Source: Geotalea uraniireducens Rf4 | Lineage (GTDB): Bacteria; Desulfobacterota; Desulfuromonadia; Geobacterales; Geobacteraceae | Assembly (NCBI RefSeq): GCF_000016745.1 | Contig: NC_009483.1 | Coordinates: 300,001 to 332,000 of the forward strand | Reading direction: 5' to 3' | DNA length: 32,000 nucleotides | Part shown: positions 16,697-24,640 of the stretch, piece after piece | Numbering within the stretch: the stretch's first letter is position 1 | How the letters are laid out: each line of letters starts with the position of its first letter | Notes under the pieces: model-generated | Told to the model about the DNA's origin: nothing | The model's database searches: none | The model's input: only the letters and a program-made list of their open reading frames with translations | Program-made: the position numbers and the translations under genes

Positions 16697-17167
16697 TCAT
16701 TCGAGTTGCCGCTCGTATACCTTTCGGGGGATACGCTGGAAGTTGTAGTCGGCAAGATCGAGGACGTCCTGCAGCGGAAGCATCCACACCCCGCCGCTGC
16801 GATGCAAACGGAAGTCCCGGACCACAAACCGTGTCCCAACTCCCTCAACCTCTAAGCCCACGCGTGCGTTGATCATCACGTTGTCCGCGTCGAACACCGT
16901 GCTCTTCACTTCCTGCAGCATTTCCCAGCAGCAGGCGGGAATCCGCGAGGCGTAGACGATCCGTTGCGCGAAGTAGGTCCATCCCTTGCCGGGAGGATGC
17001 TCCAGCCGGGTGAAGAGCCTTTCGTAGTCCTCTACCCGCCAGAGATCGAGGATTTCCTTAAACCCCTGCTGCGCCTCTGTTGCCACGTTACTGCCGCTGT
17101 TTGCGGCGGCAGGACCCGCGAACAGAAACAGAAGCAGTAATGCATATGGAAGCACCCTTCTGACCAT
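16697..17167 (-). CDS. Secreted hypothetical protein
   Basis: The start is at MVRRVLPYALLLLFLFAGPAAA (signal peptide), preceded by AGGAGG. I recognise no family. Confidence 0.6.
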   Translation of the reverse strand: MVRRVLPYALLLLFLFAGPAAANSGSNVATEAQQGFKEILDLWRVEDYERLFTRLEHPPGKGWTYFAQRIVYASRIPACCWEMLQEVKSTVFDADNVMINARVGLEVEGVGTRFVVRDFRLHRSGGVWMLPLQDVLDLADYNFQRIPRKVYERQLE

Positions 17168-17280
17168 GCGTTCCTCCTGGTACAAGTATAGCAGCAAAGG
17201 AGAGATTGAGAGGAGAGAGGAGCGGATTCCCTAGATGTTCTCGGTGATCACCTATCTACCGAAGTGACACGGGATGAGGT

Positions 17281-17390
17281 GAATTCCGGGAGGTGAGTTT
17301 CCGGGACAGTTTACTTAATTCAAAAGGCGGCCAATCGGAGGGATTATGGGGGACCACACCAATTTCAAAGGCGGCCCGTCACAGTTTCTC
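17281..17390 (+). repeat. Composite intergenic element, copy F (broken and nested, two partial copies)
   Basis: GAATTCCGGGAGGTGAGTTTCCGGGACAGTTTACTTAATTCAAAAGGCGGCCAATCGG is followed by GGGGGACCACACCAATTTCAAAGGCGGCCCGTCACAGTTTCTC. The hairpin 3' arm is missing from the first copy. Confidence 0.7.
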
Positions 17391-17414
17391 GCCAAGCAGG
17401 GTTTGCAACTGAAA

Positions 17415-18689
17415 TCATCCGCTGCGGCGTGACTTCATCAGAAACGAGAAGACGAGCCCGGCCAGGAGAAACCCGCATCCCATGGCAAAGCTGTAGAAGG
17501 ATGCCCGGCCGGGGTAGAGCCATGTCGGGTAGCGATCCTTGATCAGGGCCACCAGCTGGGGCCCCGCGATACCGGCGGCGGCCCAGGCGGTGAGAATCGT
17601 GCCGTAGACGGCGGGCATGACCCTGCTGCCGAACAGGTCGAGCACGAACGCCGGCATGGTTCCGAAACTCCCTCCGTAGCAGAGGAGAATGTAGCAGACC
17701 AGCAGTGCGAAGAGCCAAGGGGAGTCGGTATACATCAAAAGAACAAATGCCAGGAGCTGGGAGCCGAGGATGAGTCTGAAGGTCTCCCGTCGGCCGATCC
17801 GGTCCGAGAGTCCCCCCCAGAAAAACCTGCCGACACCGTTGAAAAGGGAGCTGACCGCAATCAGGGTGGCGCCGTACCGCGCCAGGGCCTCCTTTCCGAG
17901 CGCCGGATCAGCCTTGCTGCAGATATCCTGAAAGAGCGGCGACTGGAAACCGATGATGGCGATGCCTGCGGTGATGTTGCAGAAAAAGATCACCCAGAGC
18001 AGCGCAAACTCCCGCGAAAGAATGCAGGCGCGGGCTCCTCTTAACCACTCGTCCGGGCCGCTCACGGCGCTCGCCTGCGGCGGGGCATACCCCGACGGCA
18101 CCCACCCTGCGGGCGGGTTCCTGACAAAGGCCGCACAAGGAATGGTCACCAGGAGGAACAGCACCCCCATGACGGCAAATACCCTTACCATGTCCCCGGC
18201 CAGTTGCGCCAGGAGCAGGGGGGCGATAACCTTGGACATGAGCAGGGCGCCAAAGCCGAACCCCATGACCACCATGCCGGTGGCAAACCCTTTCCGGTCC
18301 GGAAACCATCTCGCCACCGTGGCGACCGGAGTGACGTAGCCGAGCCCAAGCCCGGTCCCTCCAATTACGCCATAACCTATGTAAAGGAGCGGGAGGGAAT
18401 GCATCTTGAGCGCCAGCGCCGCCAGCAGGTAACCGGAGCCGAACAGCACACCCCCCAGCAGGGCCAGCCTGGTCGGTCCTGTCCTGGGCAACAACATCCC
18501 CCCGGCTGCGGCAGCCAGGCCGAGAAAGCAGATGGCGAGGCTGAAGGCCCATGCTACCTGACTGTTCGACCAAAAGTAGGTGTCGCAGAGGGGTTTCTGG
18601 AAGAAGCTCCAGGCGTAGACAGTCCCCAGGCTGACCATCAGCAGCGTGCAGATGAATGCAATCACCCAGCGGTTAAGTGTCTTTTCCAC
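17415..18689 (-). CDS. MFS transporter, oxalate/formate antiporter (OFA)-like family
   Basis: 424 aa. The N-terminus RWVIAFICTLLMVSLGTVYAWSFFQKPL is typical of OFA-family members. About 12 transmembrane segments. Confidence 0.8.
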   Translation of the reverse strand: MEKTLNRWVIAFICTLLMVSLGTVYAWSFFQKPLCDTYFWSNSQVAWAFSLAICFLGLAAAAGGMLLPRTGPTRLALLGGVLFGSGYLLAALALKMHSLPLLYIGYGVIGGTGLGLGYVTPVATVARWFPDRKGFATGMVVMGFGFGALLMSKVIAPLLLAQLAGDMVRVFAVMGVLFLLVTIPCAAFVRNPPAGWVPSGYAPPQASAVSGPDEWLRGARACILSREFALLWVIFFCNITAGIAIIGFQSPLFQDICSKADPALGKEALARYGATLIAVSSLFNGVGRFFWGGLSDRIGRRETFRLILGSQLLAFVLLMYTDSPWLFALLVCYILLCYGGSFGTMPAFVLDLFGSRVMPAVYGTILTAWAAAGIAGPQLVALIKDRYPTWLYPGRASFYSFAMGCGFLLAGLVFSFLMKSRRSG

Positions 18690-18863
18690 AGGTCCTCTCC
18701 TTTACGTATTGCCGGGCAACCCCGTGCAGCCAGAAAGGGGATGGGGCCGGTCAGGAATAGAGTATATAGGGAGAGGATATTTTGTCGAGATTTATTGATG
18801 TCCCGAATTTCGTGGACATTCATGAACTATTAAGCGATATGATGTTGAACGAGGAAACGTTAC

Positions 18864-19745
18864 ATGGGAATTTCGAAACATCCTTCCGTCGTTACCATGC
18901 CGAAAGCCGAAAAACCGTACCCTTCCATCCTTGCTTTCTTGAGCGGAAGATTCCCCGCTATTTCCCGGGAGATCTGGGAAAAACGGATTTCAGAGGGAAA
19001 GGTCCTTGACGAAAAAGCACAACGGATAACGCTGGATACTGAATATGCCCCATTGAGACGCGTTTTTTATTTCCGCGAAGTCTGTACTGAGCCGTTCATT
19101 CCCTTTGCTGAAAAAATCCTGTTTCTCGACGACGAGATTCTGGTCGCCTGCAAACCGCATTTCCTTCCCGTGACCCCTGGTGGCCGATATGTTGACGAAT
19201 GTCTGTTGAACCGTTTGCGCGGCAGCACCGGCATCGCAGATCTGGCGCCGCTCCACCGCATAGATCGTGAAACAGCCGGATTAGTGCTCTTTTCCGTCAA
19301 CAAAAAGAGCAGAGGGCTCTACGGCAAACTCTTCTTGAATGGTCTCATTGAAAAAACCTATCAGGCACTCTCGGCGTGTCAGCCGCTTCAGGAAACAGCA
19401 TCATGGGATATCCGGAACAGAATAGAGCGGGGAGAACCGTGGTTCCGGATGAAGACGGCACCCGGCGGAGTAAATGCCCGGTCCGCCATCAATCTGGTGG
19501 AGGTCAAAGGAGGGATGGCCCGTTTTACCCTGCAGCCGCGAACCGGCAAAACCCATCAGCTGCGGATCCACATGAGCGGTCTCGGGTTCGGGATACTGAA
19601 CGACAGATACTATCCTGAGCTGCAGGCCGAAAGTGAGGACAACTTCGACACTCCCCTCCAGCTTGTCGCTCAAATGCTGCGATTCAAGGATCCACTCAGC
19701 GGCAGGAACAGAGAGTTTATATCCGAACGCGAGCTGTTATGGTAG
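18864..19745 (+). CDS. RluA-family pseudouridine synthase
   Basis: The catalytic motif HRIDRETAGLVLFS and a C-terminal GKTHQLRIHM. The start could also be the internal Met at 18897. Confidence 0.85.
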   Translation: MGISKHPSVVTMPKAEKPYPSILAFLSGRFPAISREIWEKRISEGKVLDEKAQRITLDTEYAPLRRVFYFREVCTEPFIPFAEKILFLDDEILVACKPHFLPVTPGGRYVDECLLNRLRGSTGIADLAPLHRIDRETAGLVLFSVNKKSRGLYGKLFLNGLIEKTYQALSACQPLQETASWDIRNRIERGEPWFRMKTAPGGVNARSAINLVEVKGGMARFTLQPRTGKTHQLRIHMSGLGFGILNDRYYPELQAESEDNFDTPLQLVAQMLRFKDPLSGRNREFISERELLW

Positions 19746-19763
19746 CTTATGCATAACATCAGG

Positions 19764-19819
19764 TAATTCCGGGGACAATACTTATTCAAATGGCGACCAA
19801 TCGGTCGCCTTTGTTGTTT
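19764..19819 (+). repeat. Composite intergenic element, copy G
   Basis: TAATTCCGGGGACAATACTTATTCAAATGGCGACCAATCGGTCGCCTTTGTTGTTT, 19 nt after the RluA-family stop. Confidence 0.85.
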
Positions 19820-19867
19820 CTGCTCGACCTTGCGCAGGGCCTTTAGGATCATCTGGCGTATTCCCTT

Positions 19868-19940
19868 GCCAAATATTAATTTGGCTATTATGTTGACATG
19901 TGCGCTTGTCATAATGCTGGAAAAGTGCTATTTAAATAGC
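19868..19940 (+). promoter_or_regulatory. Two operator-like palindromes flanking a TTGACA box upstream of the hipA-like remnant
   Basis: GCCAAAT-ATTA-ATTTGGC at 19868-19885. A perfect 14-bp palindrome GCTATTTAAATAGC at 19927-19940 abuts the ATG. TTGACA and CATAAT lie between them with short spacing. Confidence 0.4.
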
Positions 19941-19941
19941 C

Positions 19942-20451
19942 ATGCAAGCTACCATACAAATCTTTCATCACGGCAGATGGCGAACGGCGGGGATGTTCAC
20001 CCCGGACCGCAGCTCACTGGATCTGGGGATCGTCGGGGGGGGGCTTCCATATGACATCGACTACGTCCTCGACCATGCGACGGGAGAAACCGCTCCCGGA
20101 GTTGCACTTCGCTACCCGGTAACCTTCGAGCTGCACCGAAGCGACCGGTGGCCGGCGTTTCTTCTGGACATCATGCCGACGGGGGCCGGACGGCGCGTCT
20201 GGCTGCGGCGGCTCGACCTCCGGGACGGTGCTGAGGCGGACTGGGAGCTTCTGGTGAAGGGGGGCAGGAAATCCTCCCGGCAGCATCCGTGTTGCCGAGG
20301 CTGTAATCCCCCCTGCTGGCCCGCATCCGGGGTTCACCCGGGAGGAGATCGTCGAGAAGAGAGCTGACTTCATCGAGTACGCCGAAGCGCGGGGCGCTTC
20401 CAGCTGCGCCGAGGTTGCCGGAGACTTGCGGGACGCAGAGACCAGGGGGTA
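19942..20451 (+). pseudogene. HipA N-terminal-domain-like remnant (frameshifted, kinase core absent)
   Basis: ...DRWPAFLLDIMPTGAGRRVWLRRL... resembles the HipA_N motif (ffdNLLPd...R). The frame breaks at a G6 run (20259-20264). The +1 frame continues GAGNPPGSIRVAEAV...FTREEIVEKRADFIEYAEARGASS... to TAG 20451. No kinase domain follows. Confidence 0.45.
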
Positions 20452-20454
20452 GAG

Positions 20455-20763
20455 ATGCCGCGAAGAGCGACGAAGAAACGGACGCCGGAGGAGATCCGGA
20501 GGGAAAAAGAGGCGCTCTATGCCGACATCGATGCGGGTCTGCTGACGATCGGGCAGGCGACCCGGCGAATGCGGAAGATCGTCGGGTTGACCCAGACCGA
20601 ATATGCCGAAAAAATCTTGAAGATCTACCCCCGCGTGCTCATGGAGATCGAGCGGGACCGTGGGAATCCGACCCTCGAAACGCTTGAGAAGATTGCAAGG
20701 CCCTTCGGGCTGAAGGTGGGATTCGTGGCGAAGAAGTCGCATCTGCCAGGTGCGGGGGAGTGA
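20455..20763 (+). CDS. XRE-family helix-turn-helix transcriptional regulator
   Basis: 102 aa with ...IGQATRRMRKIVGLTQTEYAEKI...IERDRGNPTLETLEKIARPFGL..., the HTH_XRE pattern. The N-terminus is basic. Confidence 0.75.
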   Translation: MPRRATKKRTPEEIRREKEALYADIDAGLLTIGQATRRMRKIVGLTQTEYAEKILKIYPRVLMEIERDRGNPTLETLEKIARPFGLKVGFVAKKSHLPGAGE

Positions 20764-21080
20764 GGTGATTTCATTGAATTCAGTGAATTATGAGTCGCTG
20801 CCCCTTCTATTTTTGCCGATCGACCACTTGCATGACCCGACGGTTCTACCACGACAACGATCGGCGGCATAACTCCACCTGAGAGGCCGCCGTTTTCCGT
20901 TCCGGCACGCATGGCCGCAGCCGAGACCGTCATTCTAGACGGAAGCGACATTTTTCGCAAAAGGAATCTGTGGCGGACGACCGACAAAGATTGACTCATC
21001 ATTTCCCGTCCTTGTTATTCTTAACCCATGGCCGGACCATTTTCCGACCCCTTGACCCAATTTACAACAGGGAGGCCACC

Positions 21081-21188
21081 ATGCCTGACACAACCATCCA
21101 GGACCGCGCAGCAGGCGCCATTATGGGCGCCTTTGTCGGTGATGTCTTGGGACTCGGGCCGAATACACTCACTTCCCCGGAATGGTGA
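21081..21188 (+). pseudogene. ADP-ribosylglycohydrolase-like N-terminal fragment (35 aa)
   Basis: MPDTTIQDRAAGAIMGAFVGDVLGLGP matches the family N-terminal motif (dRa.Gal.G.avGDalG). GGGAGG lies upstream. The ORF stops after 35 codons inside the 3' end of the convergent thioesterase gene. Confidence 0.4.
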
Positions 21189-21657
21189 TGCAGAGGCACT
21201 CGCCTTCTGCATAGACCGTCTCGCCGTGGCAGATCCGGCCATGCACCATCACCTTGCGCCCTGCGGCGGAGACGACCCTGCTCTCGACCGTCACCACTTT
21301 TTGCAGCGGCAGCAGGTTACGGAAACTGACGTTCAGGTTGCCGACCACGATCGGATAGCCTGCCGCCCAGGCGGCCAGCCCCAGTACCTCGTCGAATACC
21401 GCGGCCATGGAGCCGCCGTGGGCATGTCCCGGAGGGCCTTCAGTCTCGGGGCCGAACCATATGCGCGCCTGCAAATGCTGCTCCCCGTCACGATAATAGC
21501 GGACCCGGAAGCGGTTTCCGTCCGGCTCGCCGGAGACGAAGCGGAGCGATTCGCCGACCAGTGCCGGCGCATCGAAGGGGACCCACCCTGCTTCGCCGCT
21601 CAGGTCGACCGGCGGACGGGGTGTAATAGATACTTTTCCAGCAGTTGTTTTTGCCAC
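21169..21657 (-). CDS. PaaI-family hotdog-fold thioesterase
   Basis: 162 aa with ...GPPGHAHGGSMAAVFDEVLGLAAW..., the typical PaaI/4HBT core. Confidence 0.8.
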   Translation of the reverse strand: MAKTTAGKVSITPRPPVDLSGEAGWVPFDAPALVGESLRFVSGEPDGNRFRVRYYRDGEQHLQARIWFGPETEGPPGHAHGGSMAAVFDEVLGLAAWAAGYPIVVGNLNVSFRNLLPLQKVVTVESRVVSAAGRKVMVHGRICHGETVYAEGECLCITIPGK

Positions 21658-21792
21658 AGGTGTTCTCCTTCAAAAATGTAGTTACCGTTTACGAAAGCGG
21701 AATATGGAGGTGCTAACATAGCAGAGTTTGCCGGCGGAATAAAGGGGGGATTGTCCCGTCAGGCCCCTCGCATGCCAATGAAGGAGAAACTA

Positions 21793-21820
21793 ACAAAGGC
21801 GGCCAAACGGCCGCCTTTGT
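21793..21820. repeat. Hairpin-only copy of the repeat family (copy H)
   Basis: ACAAAGGCGGCC-AAAC-GGCCGCCTTTGT is fully palindromic and lies between two minus-strand genes. It probably acts as a terminator. Confidence 0.6.
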
Positions 21821-21945
21821 CTTATCTTCTGAAACCCGCGGCTCCTCACTTATGGGAGCTTGGCGGCGAGGACGTCTACCTTCTCGATGACGGGTGCCTT
21901 CATCGAAAAGCCGTACTCGAAATATTTTCTTACAGGAAGAACCGT

Positions 21946-22161
21946 TTAAGCTGACCGACCGGTCAGTGCCCCGGGCATCAGCCTCCGCCCCTGCCGCCCC
22001 CGCTTTCCCCCCCCAGTAGCCCCGCCGATGGCACAGGCTGAGATTTTGCGTGCCACGTCGCTTGAGCCGCACTTCGGGCAGGCTGCCGCCGCTCCCCCCA
22101 TCTTCTGGAGCTTGGTAAACTCCTCACCGCAGCCGGCACAGATGTATTCGTAGATAGGCAT
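21946..22161 (-). CDS. FmdB-family zinc-ribbon protein
   Basis: MPIYEYICAGCGEEFTKLQKMGG...CPKCGSSDVARKIS has the CxxC...CxxC pattern of the FmdB regulatory-protein family. Internal Met of the 21946-22341 ORF. Confidence 0.8.
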   Translation of the reverse strand: MPIYEYICAGCGEEFTKLQKMGGAAAACPKCGSSDVARKISACAIGGATGGGKRGRQGRRLMPGALTGRSA

Positions 22162-22273
22162 CTCATCCACCCCCTTTAAGATTTTGATTCTACATACCAT
22201 ACGCAATCGGACCGACACAAGTGGGAATTGCCCGGCAGCGACGGAGGGAGGTCGCATTTTCCCGCGGAAAAAA

Positions 22274-22978
22274 TCAGGCTTTGCATCTGGTATTTGCATA
22301 AGCTTCCCCAGCCAAAAGTTTCCGCTTGATCTCGGCCGCAAAGCGGTCGGCTTCCCGTTGGGGTTCGGGGAGGCGGAAGCCCGCCGTGGTCCGGAGCACC
22401 ATTGCCACTGCTTCGTCGATGGTGATGAGATGGCCCGGGGAGACGAAGACCGGTCTTACGTTGCTGCGGGTCCTGAGGACGGCGCCGACCGCCTCCTTCC
22501 GGTCGAGCAGGAGAGTGCGTGAGCCACGCTCTGCCGCAGGCTCGACGTACTCTCCCACGAGGCGGGACTTTGCGCAGCCGATGGCAGGAATCCCCAGCTC
22601 CACCCCGAGGTGGCAGGCAAGGCCGAACCGCTTGAGGTGGGCAATCCCCTGGCCATCGACGATGAGGAGGTCAGGTCGCTTCGAGAGCCGGCGGACCGCC
22701 TCGGCCAGGTGGGGGCCTTCGCGAAACGAGAGAAAGCCAGGTATATAGGGGAGAGCGGGACGGGCGACGACGAAGGATCGTGCGACGGGGGTGAGGGTGG
22801 CGAGGTCGAAGAGAACGGCCACGGCAACGATCTCCTCGCCGGCATAGGCCGCGTCCACCCCGGCAACGGTTTCGGGTTGCCCTTGCAGCGGCTCCAGGCG
22901 CACGCTTTGGGCAAGGGTTTCCTGGTGACGGCGGAGTTCCTTCAGGTCGGGACATACATGGGGTTCGATCGGGGGCAT
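22274..22978 (-). CDS. nfi: Endonuclease V (deoxyinosine 3' endonuclease)
   Basis: 234 aa. VAGVDAAY..., PYIPGFLSFREGP, LLIVDGQGIAHLKRFGLACHLGV, IGCAKSRL and YRLPEP-like RLPEPQREAD are colinear with E. coli Nfi. Confidence 0.92.
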   Translation of the reverse strand: MPPIEPHVCPDLKELRRHQETLAQSVRLEPLQGQPETVAGVDAAYAGEEIVAVAVLFDLATLTPVARSFVVARPALPYIPGFLSFREGPHLAEAVRRLSKRPDLLIVDGQGIAHLKRFGLACHLGVELGIPAIGCAKSRLVGEYVEPAAERGSRTLLLDRKEAVGAVLRTRSNVRPVFVSPGHLITIDEAVAMVLRTTAGFRLPEPQREADRFAAEIKRKLLAGEAYANTRCKA

Positions 22979-23073
22979 ACCGGAAGTTTACAGGGAAAAC
23001 GAGTGAATGCAAAGGGTTGCCGAACTCCAAAAGGGAACAAACTACTTCTCGCGAAAATCGCGGGGGACCCGAC

Positions 23074-23102
23074 TTGACTTTCCCCGACGGCTACAGTATG
23101 AT
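23074..23102 (+). promoter_or_regulatory. Sigma70-type promoter
   Basis: TTGACT (23074-23079), an exactly 17-nt spacer, then TATGAT (23097-23102). Confidence 0.55.
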
Positions 23103-23109
23103 GTTCGAA

Positions 23110-23232
23110 AAATCAAGCAGATAGACGATACTACTAAACCATCCGCGAGGATGGGACGGAAAGCCACAGGATCTCCAGAAGACAGCCGGGTCGCCGAAAT
23201 ATCTCTCCTGATATTCGGTCCCGGCTTTTTTC
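23110..23232 (+). promoter_or_regulatory. GEMM-I-like cyclic-dinucleotide riboswitch candidate with an intrinsic terminator expression platform
   Basis: AAACC-[CCATCC GCGA GGATGG]-GACGGAAAGCC (23136-23165) matches the GEMM-I core AAACC-hairpin(GNRA)-GGGACGCAAAGCC. The 3' box AGCCGGGTCGCCGA resembles AGCGGGGTTACCGA of the Vc2 aptamer. It overlaps the terminator AGCCGGGTCGCCGAAATATC-loop-GATATTCGGTCCCGGCT plus T6 (23184-23231). Confidence 0.55.
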
Positions 23233-23281
23233 GTTTGTTGACACGCTAAACAGAGAAAGATTAAAAACAAGAGGTGACAGT

Positions 23282-23461
23282 ATGAATATATTTAAAGTAT
23301 TGAGCTCCCAGAAAGTTTGTCGTACCCGCATGATCAGTCAGGAATTTTTCGAGTGCAAGGTGAAAAAGCCCAACCCCAGATTCTGCGAGTATTCCCTCTG
23401 CATGGGGGACAGTTTTATCTGCAACCATCCCGACCGCGTGGGATTCTCCAACCAGAAATAG
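23282..23461 (+). CDS. Small cysteine-rich protein (59 aa), not in the supplied ORF track
   Basis: Translated by hand: MNIFKVLSSQKVCRTRMISQEFFECKVKKPNPRFCEYSLCMGDSFICNHPDRVGFSNQK. AGAGGTGA lies 5-6 nt upstream. It is the first ORF after the riboswitch-like leader. Confidence 0.5.
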   Translation: MNIFKVLSSQKVCRTRMISQEFFECKVKKPNPRFCEYSLCMGDSFICNHPDRVGFSNQK

Positions 23462-23547
23462 TGGGCGGCTCTTCCCAACAATATTGTCCAAGTTCTATGA
23501 TGACGTCTATCGGTGGTCTGACATTTTGGAAAGCGAAAGGAGCGCGT

Positions 23548-23763
23548 ATGCAAGGGACGCCGCTGCCGGGGAGATACCGGCATTACAAGGGGGGCAACTA
23601 CCAGGTGATCGGGACGGCCCGTCATAGCGAAACCGACGAACAGCTGGTAGTCTATCGCTGCCTGTATGATAACGACTCGCTCTGGGTGCGCCCGCTGGCG
23701 ATGTTCCTGGAGATCGTGCTGGTCGAAGGGCGCGAAGTGCCGCGTTTTGAGCGATTCGACTAG
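23548..23763 (+). CDS. DUF1653 family protein
   Basis: 71 aa. YRHYKGGNYQVIGTARHSETDEQLVVYRCLYDNDSLWVRPLAMF is the DUF1653 signature. AAAGGAG lies upstream. Confidence 0.8.
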   Translation: MQGTPLPGRYRHYKGGNYQVIGTARHSETDEQLVVYRCLYDNDSLWVRPLAMFLEIVLVEGREVPRFERFD

Positions 23764-23803
23764 GCGGGATGTCATGGCGTTACCGGGGCTGATTTGGACC
23801 GTT

Positions 23804-23837
23804 GCACCAATTACTGGTATTGGTGCTTTTTATTTTT
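23804..23837 (+). terminator. Rho-independent terminator
   Basis: GCACCAAT-TACTGGT-ATTGGTGC followed by TTTTTATTTTT. Confidence 0.7.
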
Positions 23838-23848
23838 ACAAGGCGGTC

Positions 23849-24469
23849 TCAGCGTTCCGCCATGTCGTTGCATCGCCGCGGCAGCGACCAGTTATAGCGG
23901 ATGGCGAGCAGGCGCAGGATGATGACCGTCGAGGCGGAGACAAGCAGTGCCCAGGCGCGGGGGATTGCGGTGTGGTGCAGCAGGGTGAGAAGGACCCCTC
24001 CAGCCAGGCAGGCTGAGGCGTAAACCTCCTTTTGCAGCACCATGGGAACCCTGGTGGAGAGAACATCGCGGATCATGCCGCCGGCGGTAGCGGTTGTGAC
24101 CCCCATCATCACCGAGCCGAGAAAGCCGATCCGGAAGTCGAGTGCTTTGCCGGTGCCGATGACGACGAAGGTACCGAGCCCCACCGCATCGAAGAAGAGG
24201 AGCGGATGCTTGAGGAAATCCAGGTTGCGGTGAAAGATAAAGACCGCCAGCGAGACCGCGATGGAAATGTAGAGATAGGTCTCGTTCTGGAAGATGAAGG
24301 GGGGCGTATCCCCCAGGAGCAGGTCACGCAGGGTGCCGCCGCCGGTGGCGGTGACGAGGCCGAGCACCAGTACGCCGAAAATGTCCATGTCGCGCCGGAT
24401 GCCGGCCAAGGCGCCGGAAGCGGCAAAGGCGGCGGTCCCGAGCAGGTCGAGGGTGTAGAGCAGTGTCAT
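23849..24469 (-). CDS. UPF0126/TRIC-family membrane protein (YadS-like)
   Basis: The start is at MTLLYTLDLLGTAAFAASGALAG, after AGGAG. The motif GVLVLGLVTATGGGTLRDLL is duplicated as GVTTATAGGMIRDVL. Confidence 0.8.
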   Translation of the reverse strand: MTLLYTLDLLGTAAFAASGALAGIRRDMDIFGVLVLGLVTATGGGTLRDLLLGDTPPFIFQNETYLYISIAVSLAVFIFHRNLDFLKHPLLFFDAVGLGTFVVIGTGKALDFRIGFLGSVMMGVTTATAGGMIRDVLSTRVPMVLQKEVYASACLAGGVLLTLLHHTAIPRAWALLVSASTVIILRLLAIRYNWSLPRRCNDMAER

Positions 24470-24640
24470 GGGGATCTCCTTTCGGCACAAGTGTACTGGT
24501 GGAGCAGGCCGAAGGCAATCCAAAAATGAGGTGTCAGATGGTAGTGGGCTGTCCAGGAAAAAAGCCCGCTTTCGCGGGCCTTGCCGTCTGATGAAACCAG
24601 CGAGCCTTTTGCCGGCAGAGAGTCAGCCACAACTACGGGG

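Noticed and set aside
20625-21002. 125-aa minus-strand ORF between the XRE gene and the ARH fragment
   Set aside because: Its 3' third overlaps the well-supported XRE gene in antisense. The composition is low-complexity (Ser/Gly/Ala/Pro) and it has no motif. The non-overlapping part (20770-21002) may be remnant sequence.
21028-21681. 217-aa plus-strand ORF
   Set aside because: It is antisense to the PaaI thioesterase gene, which has a clear hotdog-fold motif. The product is Arg/Ala/Pro-rich with no motif.
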